64,000 bases of DNA from Terriglobia bacterium (GTDB taxonomy: Bacteria; Acidobacteriota; Terriglobia; Bryobacterales; Bryobacteraceae). Location: NCBI GenBank assembly GCA_963831795.1, contig CAWHSB010000004.1:161022-225021 (forward strand). Direction: 5' to 3'. The notes beneath the pieces are model-generated. The model was not told the origin of the DNA. It saw nothing but the letters and a program-made list of their open reading frames with translations, and did no database searches. Positions 8,066-18,390 of the stretch are shown here, piece after piece. A program made the position numbers and the translations under genes. Position 1 is the first letter of the stretch, and every line of letters begins with the position of its first letter.

Positions 8066-10291
8066 TTACTCGCTTCCGCCCGTGGTCGGCCACTTCCTCA
8101 GCAGATTGAACGCGTTCACCGATCCGATGCCGGTCGGAAAATCCCAGCCGGTGTTCGCAGCATACGCGGGCTGATCGGCCGAATTGGAAGTCGAGAGCAG
8201 CCCGTAAGTGGTGAAGAACCGGAAACAATCAGTCGCGACAAGAAGCTGCGCTTTGCATACGCCGACGTTGTCACCCTGCGTGATGTCGTAGAAGACGCAG
8301 CCGTTGGTCGTCTTGTTAACCAGGTTCGAGTTACAGAGTGCCGCGCCCTTTCCCGCCGCGCCGTATTCAGCGGCCGCGATCGAGTAATAAATCGGGTTCG
8401 GGTTCCCCCATCGGGAACCTGTCTTCTGATTGACGAGGGCCTGGATGCCGGCCATGATCGGGGAGGAGACGGACGTGCCGCCGAAGCCAGCCCAGGTGCT
8501 TGGCGCGCCTGTGCAGGTAAATCCGCCGCCGACGTTGGTGTCGGGGTTCGACCAGCAAGTCACGTAATAGGCATCCCAGAACCCGTTTGACGCGAACAGT
8601 GAAACGTCGGGAATGTCGCGAACACCGTCGCCGGGGTTGCCGATCAGACCGGCCTGCCAGGAGGGCTTGGCGTAGCCGGCGCAAGTGCCGCCAACCTTTC
8701 CTCTCGAGGCGGGCGTGCCCGTGGCGCATCCACTGGGACCACCGCTGCCGCCAATCGAGTTCAGCAGAAAATTGAGCGAACCCGAGGGACTGGTCACATC
8801 CGATTCGTTGCAGAGGGCAAGCGGGCCGGTTGCCCCGAGGAACTTCGCGACGAGCGTTCCGGCGCACGAATCGTTCCACGGTATTTCCTGAATATAAGAC
8901 AGAGCGGAACTGAAGTTCGGTCTGTTTGTGGCGCTCCAGTAGGTCGCGGGATCGACGTTATCCGCGGTGTAGCCGAAGTCGGTTCCACCCACGGAGACGT
9001 TATACGGCGTCGAAGTGAATCCGCTGACTCCGATGCCGTGCGTCGCCGGATTGCCGTTGTCCGCGCTGGCGTCGTCTTCGTCACCTGACGATACGAAAAC
9101 CGAAACACCTTCGGCGTCGGCCTGTTGATAGGCGGTGCTGTACGCAAGGTTGGCAGCAGCGCCGTTCAAAGCTTCGGCTTCTCCGTAACTGATACTGACC
9201 ACCGATGGCAGCCCCGAAGCGGGTCCATTAAGCGTGTTCTCCAATGCGATCAGGCCACCGAATGTGGTGAGCGTGTCCTTGCAGGCGGCGAGCACGATAG
9301 CTGCGTTCGGCGCCGCCGCCGATGCCCATTCAACGTCGATGATGGCTTCACCGTCGTCTCCATAGCCGAGGGTGCCCGGTCCCTGGAAGCCTGGGTTCGC
9401 GCAGTTGATCGCGCCTGTTGGGCTCACCTGGCTCAGCGTTCCGGAAGGAAAGGCCGCCGAAAGGCCGAGCGTGGTCCTGAAGGTCGCCCAGTCGGAGGCT
9501 GCATAAAGGTAGGTGTCTTCCACGACCATGATGGACGTGCCCTGGCCGCTGAACCCTGCCAGGAAAGCGGCGTTCAAGTTGTAGATGGTGCCAATGTCGC
9601 CAGGCACCAGTGCGTGAAAGGTTCCGGATGAGTTGGTGTAGGTGTACTGACCTCTTGGTACCAGCAGCGGTTTCGGGTGAAAATTATGCAGCGAAACGAT
9701 TCCCGCTACCACTGGCTGCAGGGCCGCGGGGATCTGCGGATCGCTCATATTCGCGAAGTGATTTGCTCCATTCACCACGAGATTATGGATTTCCGTGTGA
9801 AAGCCGCCGCGAACCTGACCGGCGCTGCCTCCGAAATCGATCGTCAGTCCGCTGGGCTGCACTCCATTGACTGCGAAGCCGTGAGACTTGAGCCAGCCGG
9901 TAACCGCATCGACGTCGCTCTGTGCGACCCCGAAGTGTTCCGCAAACTGGGCAGCGGTGAGCCATTGGTGGAAGTTCGGCGAGTTGGCATCGTGGAGTTC
10001 GTCGATGTATTGCTTCAAGGCTGCCTCCCGCTCCGGAGATCGCTTCAACTGGAGCAGCATATGATCCAGCTGGAAGCCGTCATCGACGATGCCGCGATCG
10101 TTTTGGGCGTTTGCTTCGGGCCGGGTGTTGCCCTGCAGCGTGGCCAGTCTTGTTTCATTGATGCCTTCCCGAATCACCGCGGCCGGATGGCCCGTCGGTT
10201 GCGCGAGAACAGCGGGAGACAGGCTCACCGCAATAGCGCTGTAAATCAAAAATCTGCTTCCCTCTATTCGTTTTCCCTTTAGTCTTTTCAT
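8066..10291 (-). CDS. S53 family (sedolisin/kumamolisin-like) serine peptidase, secreted
   Basis: A pro-kumamolisin-type activation domain is present (SPEREAALKQYIDELHDANSPNFHQWLTAAQFAEHFGVAQSDVDAVTGWLKSHGFAV). The catalytic Ser motif is GGTSVSSPIMAG. The start is set at MKRLKGK.. (signal peptide) rather than at the 790-aa ORF start (10438). Confidence 0.85.
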   Translation of the reverse strand: MKRLKGKRIEGSRFLIYSAIAVSLSPAVLAQPTGHPAAVIREGINETRLATLQGNTRPEANAQNDRGIVDDGFQLDHMLLQLKRSPEREAALKQYIDELHDANSPNFHQWLTAAQFAEHFGVAQSDVDAVTGWLKSHGFAVNGVQPSGLTIDFGGSAGQVRGGFHTEIHNLVVNGANHFANMSDPQIPAALQPVVAGIVSLHNFHPKPLLVPRGQYTYTNSSGTFHALVPGDIGTIYNLNAAFLAGFSGQGTSIMVVEDTYLYAASDWATFRTTLGLSAAFPSGTLSQVSPTGAINCANPGFQGPGTLGYGDDGEAIIDVEWASAAAPNAAIVLAACKDTLTTFGGLIALENTLNGPASGLPSVVSISYGEAEALNGAAANLAYSTAYQQADAEGVSVFVSSGDEDDASADNGNPATHGIGVSGFTSTPYNVSVGGTDFGYTADNVDPATYWSATNRPNFSSALSYIQEIPWNDSCAGTLVAKFLGATGPLALCNESDVTSPSGSLNFLLNSIGGSGGPSGCATGTPASRGKVGGTCAGYAKPSWQAGLIGNPGDGVRDIPDVSLFASNGFWDAYYVTCWSNPDTNVGGGFTCTGAPSTWAGFGGTSVSSPIMAGIQALVNQKTGSRWGNPNPIYYSIAAAEYGAAGKGAALCNSNLVNKTTNGCVFYDITQGDNVGVCKAQLLVATDCFRFFTTYGLLSTSNSADQPAYAANTGWDFPTGIGSVNAFNLLRKWPTTGGSE

Positions 10292-10476
10292 GGAACCTCT
10301 GGAACCCCTGCTTAGGCAGAACAATCGGTCAACACGCCGATCAACCCACGGAATTATCCGTCCCCTTGATATAGCGTTCAGGTTGACACAGAAAGCATCG
10401 CGCGGCAATAGTGCCTGCCGCCGAGGGCGGGGAAACACCTGTTTCGCGGTGCTGAGAATACCAGGACTTGCCGCAA

Positions 10477-11505
10477 TCAGGGCAACTCGAGGTCCGGGTG
10501 CAACGCCGCGGCTTCGGGCTTGCCAATCACTCCGAGATAGCCTCGAAGCAGGTCCGCGTCCGGAGTTTTGGGATCCAGCGCCAGGTATTTCGCGACATGT
10601 TCGCTCGCTCCGGCGGAATCGCCTTTCGCGTCGAGGATACGGCCCATTACGAATTCGGCTCTTGCGCCTTTGTGGCTCTGGTCGAGTTCGAGGGCCAGCT
10701 TCGCGCTGGCTTCAGCGCCGGCGAGGTCCTTCATTTCGTAACGCGCCACCGCCTGATGGAGGTAGACCTCGGGAAACGTGCGCTTTGGATCGAGCCGGAT
10801 GGCATTATCGGCGGCCGCGGCAGCGCCGGGCCAATCTTTCAACAGCACATCCATGCGTGAGAGCGTGACGTACGAGACAGTCATTTTGGGGTCGGCCTCG
10901 ATCGCATGCGTATAAGCGGCCTTCGCGTCGGCGGGCATCTGCAGCGTCTCGTAAGCGATTCCCAGCGAGTGCCAGCCGCGCGCGAATTTGGGCGCAGCGG
11001 CGACGACGAGTTTGAGCTGAGCCTCGACTTCCGCTAAATTGCCGCTGTCGACGGCCTTCATCGCGGCTTTCCACGCAGCTCGCGCGGAGGGTGGCACGTC
11101 GGAGGCGTTACTGTCGATCGTCCGCGGATCGGCCCCGCGCTTCATGAGGACGAGCGGCGGAAGTTCCTTTGCGCTATTGATGAATCCGCTGAGGTCCGAG
11201 ATGTCGATTGCCGTCGAGACGTAACCGGCGAGCGTGGCCTCAAGACGGCATGTGCGGGTGAGCATGTTGTCGACATCCATGCGCCACAGGTACTCACCCT
11301 TCTTATTGGTGAGCGGGCCGGGCGCCGAGCCCTGGCCATCGCTGCAGAGCCTTTGGATGCCAACGGTCGCCGGTGGAGGCGAGCCGTCGCGCATGGTGAC
11401 CTTGCCGCGGAGGATCAGCTGATAAGTGTCAGCGGCGGCCGGCGTCACCAGCCAGGGCAGGACAGCTGGAATGCAGATGCGGGCAATTGAGCGAAGTAAG
11501 ATCAT
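10477..11505 (-). CDS. Secreted tetratricopeptide (TPR) repeat protein
   Basis: 342-aa ORF with a signal peptide (ICIPAVLPWLVTPAAA). The C-terminal two-thirds consist of TPR-like helical repeats (ARGWHSLGIAYETLQMPADAKAAYTHAIEADP.., AEASAKLALELDQSH..). Confidence 0.7.
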   Translation of the reverse strand: MILLRSIARICIPAVLPWLVTPAAADTYQLILRGKVTMRDGSPPPATVGIQRLCSDGQGSAPGPLTNKKGEYLWRMDVDNMLTRTCRLEATLAGYVSTAIDISDLSGFINSAKELPPLVLMKRGADPRTIDSNASDVPPSARAAWKAAMKAVDSGNLAEVEAQLKLVVAAAPKFARGWHSLGIAYETLQMPADAKAAYTHAIEADPKMTVSYVTLSRMDVLLKDWPGAAAAADNAIRLDPKRTFPEVYLHQAVARYEMKDLAGAEASAKLALELDQSHKGARAEFVMGRILDAKGDSAGASEHVAKYLALDPKTPDADLLRGYLGVIGKPEAAALHPDLELP

Positions 11506-11666
11506 AAGCGCTCCCGGCCCAAATTGAGCCGAAGCACATTATATATGGGAATCGTCAGGGATGCGGTGATATGGATGCGGCGGTGAGAGAGTTCCGTGAC
11601 GGCAGGGTTGCTGTATAATGAGGGAACATCCAACGCAATACGCTGAAATCAGGCGAGTTAAAAAAC

Positions 11667-11759
<93 letters not shown>

Positions 11760-11938
11760 GATTATCAATCTCTTAGGGGTAAGCCTCCCTGGCCTGCCCG
11801 AGGTGAGATTTATATCCCAAACAGAAAAAAGCGCTGGCGCCTGGGCAGGAGCGAAGGCAGCGACCCAGGATTTTTACCGGCTGCGAGACGGCTCAAAGAA
11901 TCGTTAAGATAAACCCGAATCAGACGCTTGCGCCAACT

Positions 11939-12283
11939 TTGAGATGGTGTATGCCGTACAAGTTCTCAGAACTGCGCCGATCAGGGACCCCGCACACGCA
12001 GAGCGAGACGAGTCTGATCGATCTTCTCCTGGCGAACATCCGAATTGCGCGGGCACTGCTTGATGCGGCCAGGGTGTCCCGCAATCCGACTCGGAGATCC
12101 ACAATCCTTTGCACTGTTCGACGGGCAATTCTTTCCATTCGATATGTTGCGGAAGAGATCGAAGACCTGAGCGCGCGGGCAGAAATTGAAGAGAGCGCCA
12201 ACAGACTGGAAGTCGAGTCTAGTTCGATTTCAAACTCGCCAAACCGGCTTGATCTTTATCTGAGCCACTCGCAAAAATCATGA
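11939..12283 (+). CDS. Hypothetical helical protein (low-GC islet)
   Basis: 114-aa ORF whose stop overlaps the next gene's ATG. I recognise no family, and coding status is uncertain. Confidence 0.3.
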   Translation: MRWCMPYKFSELRRSGTPHTQSETSLIDLLLANIRIARALLDAARVSRNPTRRSTILCTVRRAILSIRYVAEEIEDLSARAEIEESANRLEVESSSISNSPNRLDLYLSHSQKS

Positions 12284-13119
12284 CCTCGTTGAAGGAACAT
12301 CTTCGGGTCATCTATTTTCGATCCAGGATCTGCCGTCATATGGCGCGATGGCTGATACGCGGTAAACGTTTGCCAATCGATTTTTCACATTTTGTCTCCC
12401 TTCGAGACGACATTATAGGTCCGGTGGACCGGGACGAGGCCTTGTTCCTGATCGGCCTGACGCGGATTCTCTGTCCCCAAACGATTGTCGAGTTCGGATT
12501 CCTGACAGGTCAGAGCGCGCTCAATTTTCTGCTGGCGGCCCGTCCGGATTGCCAGGTTTTCAGTTACGACATCTCCGACAGAGCGGAGGACATTGCGCAG
12601 CGATGCCTTCGCCAATTCAGGAATTTTCACTTCATTAAAAAATCGCAGGACGATTTTTCGCCGTCCGATATCGACAATCGAAAGATTGACCTTTGCTTTC
12701 TCGATGCCTCGCACGATTGTTCGCTCAACCTCAGTACCTTTGACCTGATCCGCCCCCACCTTTCCGAAACAGCGGTTTTTGCCGTCCACGACACGGGCGT
12801 CTGGCATCGGAAGTTTTTCACAGCCGATCACCACGCCTTCACCTGCTCCAGTCTGGGCAGGAAGACGGGCCGGTGGATCGACGGAGACCGGTACCTGCAA
12901 GCGGTGACGGAGCGGCTTTTTGTGAATACCTTATTGCTCAACTGTCCCGATTTTTCCCAGATCCATCTTCACAGCGCCAATACATTGCGTAACGGCATAA
13001 CCCTCCTGCAAAGAGGAGCGCCCCTTGTCACCGAACCGGCGCTGGAGAAGAACATGATTGAGGACAACGCCTTCCTGACGTCTCGAATTGGGCAAACCGA
13101 AAACGTTGCGTCTCCATGA
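12280..13119 (+). CDS. Class I SAM-dependent methyltransferase (Methyltransf_24-like)
   Basis: 279-aa ORF. IVEFGFLTGQSALNFLL (motif I-like) is followed by VFSYDI.., CFLDASHDCSL and AVFAVHDTG. G+C is visibly lower than in the flanks. Confidence 0.6.
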   Translation: MTSLKEHLRVIYFRSRICRHMARWLIRGKRLPIDFSHFVSLRDDIIGPVDRDEALFLIGLTRILCPQTIVEFGFLTGQSALNFLLAARPDCQVFSYDISDRAEDIAQRCLRQFRNFHFIKKSQDDFSPSDIDNRKIDLCFLDASHDCSLNLSTFDLIRPHLSETAVFAVHDTGVWHRKFFTADHHAFTCSSLGRKTGRWIDGDRYLQAVTERLFVNTLLLNCPDFSQIHLHSANTLRNGITLLQRGAPLVTEPALEKNMIEDNAFLTSRIGQTENVASP

Positions 13120-13355
13120 GCGGTCGCCAGCCCGACCGGGAACTGTCGGGAATGTACGATCTCTAAACCACCCGGACAATTCGAAGACGGGTCCTGGATC
13201 ACTTTCCGGCGGTAGAACCCATACTTCGACAATCGGCAACCCGCCGCGCCGCAGCTCTGTTTTGGGACCGTCCGTTCCCGATCTTCTTGACAATGTTAAA
13301 CGCGTGTTTTAATCTTCTGTTTGAACCTGACTCCCGACTGGCGATAAGCACCGTT

Positions 13356-15123
13356 ATGCGCATCAAAGCTGCAACCCGAATTGGAAGCAAGCCCAAGGGA
13401 CCGTCCGCGGCCGGGCTTCTCCCGCTGCTCAAGCCGTACAGGCTTCTGATCGCCATACTGGTCGCCTTGACCGTTGCCGGCAACGGTCTGAATCTGGTCG
13501 TGCCGAAGCTGATCTCGCACGCCATCGACGCCTACACGCAGGGCCGCTTCGTCCTGCATACCGTTGTTCTGGAATTTCTGGTGGTCGGGATTCTGGTGTT
13601 CGTCCTGACTTACGGGCAGAGCCTGGTTCAGACCTGGGCATCGGAGCGCGTAGCGAAGGATCTTGCGGACGCGCCTGGCGGCGAAGATTTCGGACCAGTC
13701 GTTCGCGTGGGTGGAGCAACTCACGCCGGCCAAGCTGCTGACGAATCTGACGTCCGATGTGGACGCGGTCAAGACTGTTCGTGTCGCAGGCCATCGCCTC
13801 GATCATTTCTTCGCTTTTCCTGATCGTCGGCGCCAGCGTTCTTCTGCTCTCGATCAACTGGCGGCTGGGGCTCGCGATCCTGGGCGTCGTTCCGTTCATC
13901 GCCATTACGTTTCAGCTGGTGCTGCGCAAAGGTGCGCAACCTTTTCAAGCAAGCGCAGGAAGCGATCGACTGGCTGAATCGCGTGATCAACGAAAGCATC
14001 CTGGGCGCCTCGCTGATCCGGCTGCTCAACACGCAGCAGATCGAGTATGAGAAGTTCCTGCAGGCCAACGCGCGAGCGCAGAGATCTGGGCCTCAGCATT
14101 CTGCGTCTGTTTGCCAGCCTGATACCGGCCATCACGCTTGCCACCAATATCGCGACGGTGATCATTCTTGCGCTGGGCGGCCATTTCGTCATCGCCGGCA
14201 GCATGACGCTGGGCGATTTCACGGCCTTCAATTCTTACCTCGCGATCCTGATTTTTCCGATCATCCTCATCGGATTCATGAGCAACGTGATCGCGCAGGC
14301 GTCGGCCTCGTATATGCGCATTGGCGCCGTTCTGAGCGCTCCCGAAGAGGACGAGGCGGCCAGGTTGTTACGGAGTTGCGCGGCGACGTCGGCATGAACG
14401 ATGTCTCCTGTCCTTCGGCGACAAGATGGTACTGAAGAACGTTTCGTTCACCGCCCCGGCCGGAACGAGAACGGCCATCATCGGACCCACGGCCGCCGGC
14501 AAGACGCAGCTGCTGTACCTGCTGATCGGACTTCTGAAGCCTACATCCGGAACCGTCACCTACGACGGCGAGCCGATCGACGCTTACGACAAAGAGGCGC
14601 TGCACCGGCGCGTCGGATTTGTCTTTCAGGACAGCGTGATGTTCAATCTGACGCTGCGCGAGAACATCGCTTTCAGTACCAGCGCCGGGCAGCAGGACAT
14701 CGGAAAGGCCATCGCGACGGCGGAACTGGACGACTTCGTCGCCGCGTTGCCGGAGGGTCTGGAAACCGTGGTTTCGGAGCGGGGAACCAGTCTTTCCGGC
14801 GGACAGAAACAACGCGTCATGCTGGCGCGGGCGCTGGCGCTGAATCCCCAGGTGCTGCTGCTCGACGATTTCACGGCGCGCGTGGATGCCAACACCGAGC
14901 GGACCATTCTGGAGAATGTTCACAGAAATTATCCCGGCATCACTCTGATCTCGGTGACGCAGAAGATTGCGTCGGTGGTGGATTACGACCAGATCATTCT
15001 TCTTGATGGAAGGCGAGGTGCTGGCCATCGGAACTCACGAGCCAGCTGATGGAGACATCGCCCGAATACGTCCAGCTCTACGATTCGCAGCGGAGCACGA
15101 GCCACTATGAAGTACACGCTTGA
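13356..15123 (+). pseudogene. ABC exporter (fused TMD-NBD, MdlA/MsbA-like), multiply frameshifted
   Basis: A continuous ABC exporter sequence is obtained only by hopping among ORFs 13287.., 13663.., 13757.., 13932.., 14047.. and 14426... Frame changes lie near 13663, 13776, 13930, 14085, 14360, 14408, 15005 and 15041. NBD motifs are still perfect (GPTAAGKT, LSGGQKQR, LLLDD). Confidence 0.8.
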
Positions 15124-16867
15124 GACCGGCGAAAGGCCCCCGGCAGAAGCGATCGCTGCGGGAATACGGGAGCAAGTTTCTGCCGCTGTTCGCGACCGAG
15201 AAGGGTCCCTTCGTCGCCGCGGTTGCCGCCATCCTGCTCAGTTCCGGCGCCACGCTGGTGGCGCCGGTCATGATTGTTCGGACCATCGATACCGACATCC
15301 GGCTGAAGAATACGCACGGCTTGCTGATCTCTGCGCTGCTCGTGCTGGCGATTTATGTCGCGGGCGCGGTTGCGAGCTACGTCCAGGTGCGGACCATGGG
15401 CGGCGTCGGCCGACGGGTGCTGTTCCACTTGCGCAACGCGCTCTTTCTGAAGCTGCAGGATCTGCCGGTGGCCTTCTTCAATCAGAACAAGGCCGGCGAT
15501 CTGATCTCGCGCTTGAACAACGATACGGACAAGCTGAATCAGTTTGTCGCTCAGGCGCTGATGCAGTTTGTGGGCAGCGTCTTCCTGATCACCGGCGCCG
15601 GCATATTTCTCATGAGCCTGAATATCAAGCTGGGCATGGCCGCGCTTCTGCCCGCATTCGGGGTGCTGCTTCTGACCCGAGGAACCTCCGCCTGGATCAA
15701 GCGCAAGAACCTGGGAAGCCTGCAGGCGCTGGGCGGAATGAGTTCGGAGATTCAGGAGAGCCTGAACAACTTCAAGGTGATCGTGGCGTTTAACCGAATG
15801 GATTATTTTCGGCGGAAGATTCGAGACCGCCAACGAGAAGAACTTCGCCGCTTCCGTGTCGGCGGGCTTCGCGAATAACATCTTCATGCCGCTGTACGGC
15901 CTGGCTTCGCACCTGGCGCAGTTGATCGTGGTGGCTTACGGAATCTACGCTCATCGAGGCCGGGCAGATGACGGTCGGACTGCTGATCGGGTTCCTGCTC
16001 TACGTGAACAGTTTTTATGGTCCGATGCGGCAACTGGCCACGGTGTGGTCGTCGTTCCAGCTGGCGATGGCGGGGCTGGACCGGATCTCGGAAGTGCTGG
16101 CGCTCGAATCGAATATGCCGGTGCTCGCCGCGGTGACACGGAAGGTGAATCGGTGCTTTCATTCCGGCACGTCTGGTTCCAGTATCCGGACGGCAAAGAG
16201 GTTCTGCGCGATGTCAGCTTCGAGATGGAGCGAGGGAAGGCATATGCGCTGGTGGGTCCGACCGGCGGCGGCAAGACCACCACGGCGAATCTGATGGCGC
16301 GCCTCTACGATCCGACGGAAGGATCGGTTCTTCTGAATGGCCGCGACATCCGCTCGTATACCGCCGAAGAGCGCGCGCAAAAGATCGGGTTCATTCTGCA
16401 GGATCCGTTTCTGTTCAGCGGCACCGTGCGCGACAACATCGTCTACGGAAATGAGCCATACAAGAATTACTCCAGCCAGCAGCTTGGCCGAGGTTCTGGA
16501 GGAGGCCAATCTTTCGAGCTTGATTTCGCGCTTTCCCGAAGGACTGGACACCGCCGTCACCACCAGCGGCAACAGCATCAGCCTGGGGCAGAAGCAGCTG
16601 ATCGCGTTCATGCGCGCCGTTCTGCGGAAGCCGGAGTTGCTGATTCTGGACGAGGCGACGGCGAATATCGACACGGTGACCGAGGAGCTTCTGGAGGAGA
16701 TTCTCGACAAGCTGCCGGCCACAACCACGCGGGTGATCATTGCGCACCGCCTGAATACGATCGACAACGTGGACCAGATCTTTTTCGTGAATTCGGGAGA
16801 GATTACGCTGGCGGGCTCCATGGAGCATGCGGTCGACATGTTGATGCACGAGAAACGCGCCAGCTAG
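15107..16867 (+). pseudogene. ABC exporter (fused TMD-NBD, MdlB-like partner), multiply frameshifted
   Basis: The product is spread over ORFs 15120.., 15856.., 15968.. and 16337... Frame changes lie near 15819, 15949, 16130 and 16485. Motifs GPTGGGKTT, SLGQKQLIAF, LILDEATANID and AHRLNTI are intact. The exact 5' end is uncertain. Confidence 0.8.
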
Positions 16868-16880
16868 CCAGCCCGCGATC

Positions 16881-17340
16881 TTACCCGCGACGATCGTATC
16901 GACCGGATTGATGCGGCTCGCGTGCCGCACGGGGCAACCAGACTGCGGCGAACGCAATGGCCAACAACAGAGCCGGCGTGACCGAAAAGACCTCCGCGTC
17001 ATGCCGCCGGTGGCCGTGGAATTGGCTCGCCAGCACACGTGAAAGGACGAGGGCCGCAGCGATCCCGATTGCAACGCCAGGCGCATACCCTGAGAGACCA
17101 CGAGATTCCTGACCCGAGCCGGTTCCGAGCCCAGCGCCATCCGGATGCCGATTTCCGGCGTCTGCTGCTGAACTGAATAAGCCACGAGTCCATAGATGCC
17201 GATCGCCGCGAGGCGTAGCGCGCAACCTCCGAAAATTGAGAGAAGGAGAGCGACGAAATTCTCTCGGCGATCGACTGGGAAAGCGTATCGTTCACGGTGC
17301 GGATGCTGGCCACCGGGAGGCCGCCGTTTCCGACCCGCAA
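16881..17340 (-). pseudogene. C-terminal remnant of an FtsX/MacB-like (ADOP-type) permease, 5'-truncated and frameshifted
   Basis: Joining three minus-strand frames gives ..LPVASIRTVNDTLSQSIAERNFVALLLSIFGGCALRLAAIGIYGLVAYSVQQQTPEIGIRMALGSEPARVRNLVVSQGMRLAL..GIAAALVLSRVLASQ..DAEVFSVTPALLLAIAFAAVWLP..ASRINPVD. Only about the last 150 aa of a normally ~800-aa protein remain. Confidence 0.75.
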
Positions 17341-17439
17341 CGCATATTGAATCGAAGCGCCAGGCGGAGTCGGCGCGGTTTGACGTCTACTGCATCGCTA
17401 ACCGCCCGAAACCCGCCTCAGGATAACATCGAATGAAGC

Positions 17440-18390
17440 ATGATCCAGACCTTATTCGGCTCGGTGGAACAGGAGCCGACGTTACTCGATAAATTGAAGA
17501 GCGGCGTCCAGAAAACGCGCGAAGGACTCGTCTCGCGCCTGGAAGACGTCATCTCGGGCCGCAAGGAGATCGATGCGGACCTCCTCGACGAACTGGAATA
17601 TACGCTGATCAGCGCGGATATCGGGGTTGCCACGACCAATGAAATCCTCGATCGCATCCGGGAACGTGTGGATCGGAAGCTGGTAGGCGATGCGACGGAA
17701 CTCCGCGGCCTGATCCGCGAGTACCTGCTCGAAGTGCTGCAGGCGAACGATCGGCCGCTGGCCTACGTGGATGAACCACCCGCGGTGATCATGCTGGTCG
17801 GCGTCAACGGGGCGGGGAAGACCACGACGATCGGCAAACTCACCTCCCATTTCAAGGCGGAAGGACACACGGTGCTGCTGTGCGCCGCCGATACCTTCCG
17901 CGCCGCCGCGATCGAGCAGCTTGAAGTCTGGGGCGAGCGCACGGATACGCGTGTGATCCGCCAGAAGACCGGCGCCGATCCGGCCGCGGTCATGTTCGAC
18001 GCGCTGCAGGCGGCGAAGGCGGCCCGAACCGACTACGTAATCATCGACACCGCCGGCCGCCTGCAAACGAAAACCAATCTGATGGCGGAACTGGAGAAGA
18101 TGCGCCGGACGGCCGCGCGCGTAATCCCGGATGCGCCGCACGAAGTTCTGCTGGTGCTGGACGCAACCACCGGGCAAAACGGTCTTGAGCAGGCGCGCAA
18201 ATTCACCGAGACATCGGGCGTGACAGGCATCGTCCTGACAAAGCTCGATGGCACCGCGAAGGGTGGCGTAATTGTCGCCATCGCGCGCGAACTTGGCTTG
18301 CCGATCCGGTTCGTCGGGGTCGGCGAAAAGGTGGAGGATCTGCTTCCGTTCGACCCGGAAGCGTTCATCGATTCGCTGTTTGAAATATGA
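17440..18390 (+). CDS. ftsY: Signal recognition particle receptor FtsY
   Basis: 316 aa with SRP-GTPase motifs [21 protein letters not shown] and [10 protein letters not shown]. It is intact. Confidence 0.95.
   Translation: MIQTLFGSVEQEPTLLDKLKSGVQKTREGLVSRLEDVISGRKEIDADLLDELEYTLISADIGVATTNEILDRIRERVDRKLVGDATELRGLIREYLLEVLQANDRPLAYVDEPPAVIMLVGVNGAGKTTTIGKLTSHFKAEGHTVLLCAADTFRAAAIEQLEVWGERTDTRVIRQKTGADPAAVMFDALQAAKAARTDYVIIDTAGRLQTKTNLMAELEKMRRTAARVIPDAPHEVLLVLDATTGQNGLEQARKFTETSGVTGIVLTKLDGTAKGGVIVAIARELGLPIRFVGVGEKVEDLLPFDPEAFIDSLFEI

Noticed and set aside
11596-11619. Promoter for tRNA-Ser: TATAAT at 11614..11619 preceded by TG.
   Set aside because: The -10 box is perfect and sensibly placed (~48 nt upstream). 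However, no acceptable -35 lies at 16-18 nt spacing, and I have no transcript evidence, so it is not listed as a feature.
11760-17430. Integrative element or prophage at tRNA-Ser, and similarly at tRNA-Gly 57276..57350.
   Set aside because: No integrase, excisionase, phage structural genes or att-type repeat of the tRNA 3' end could be found by eye. It is reported only as an eroded islet.
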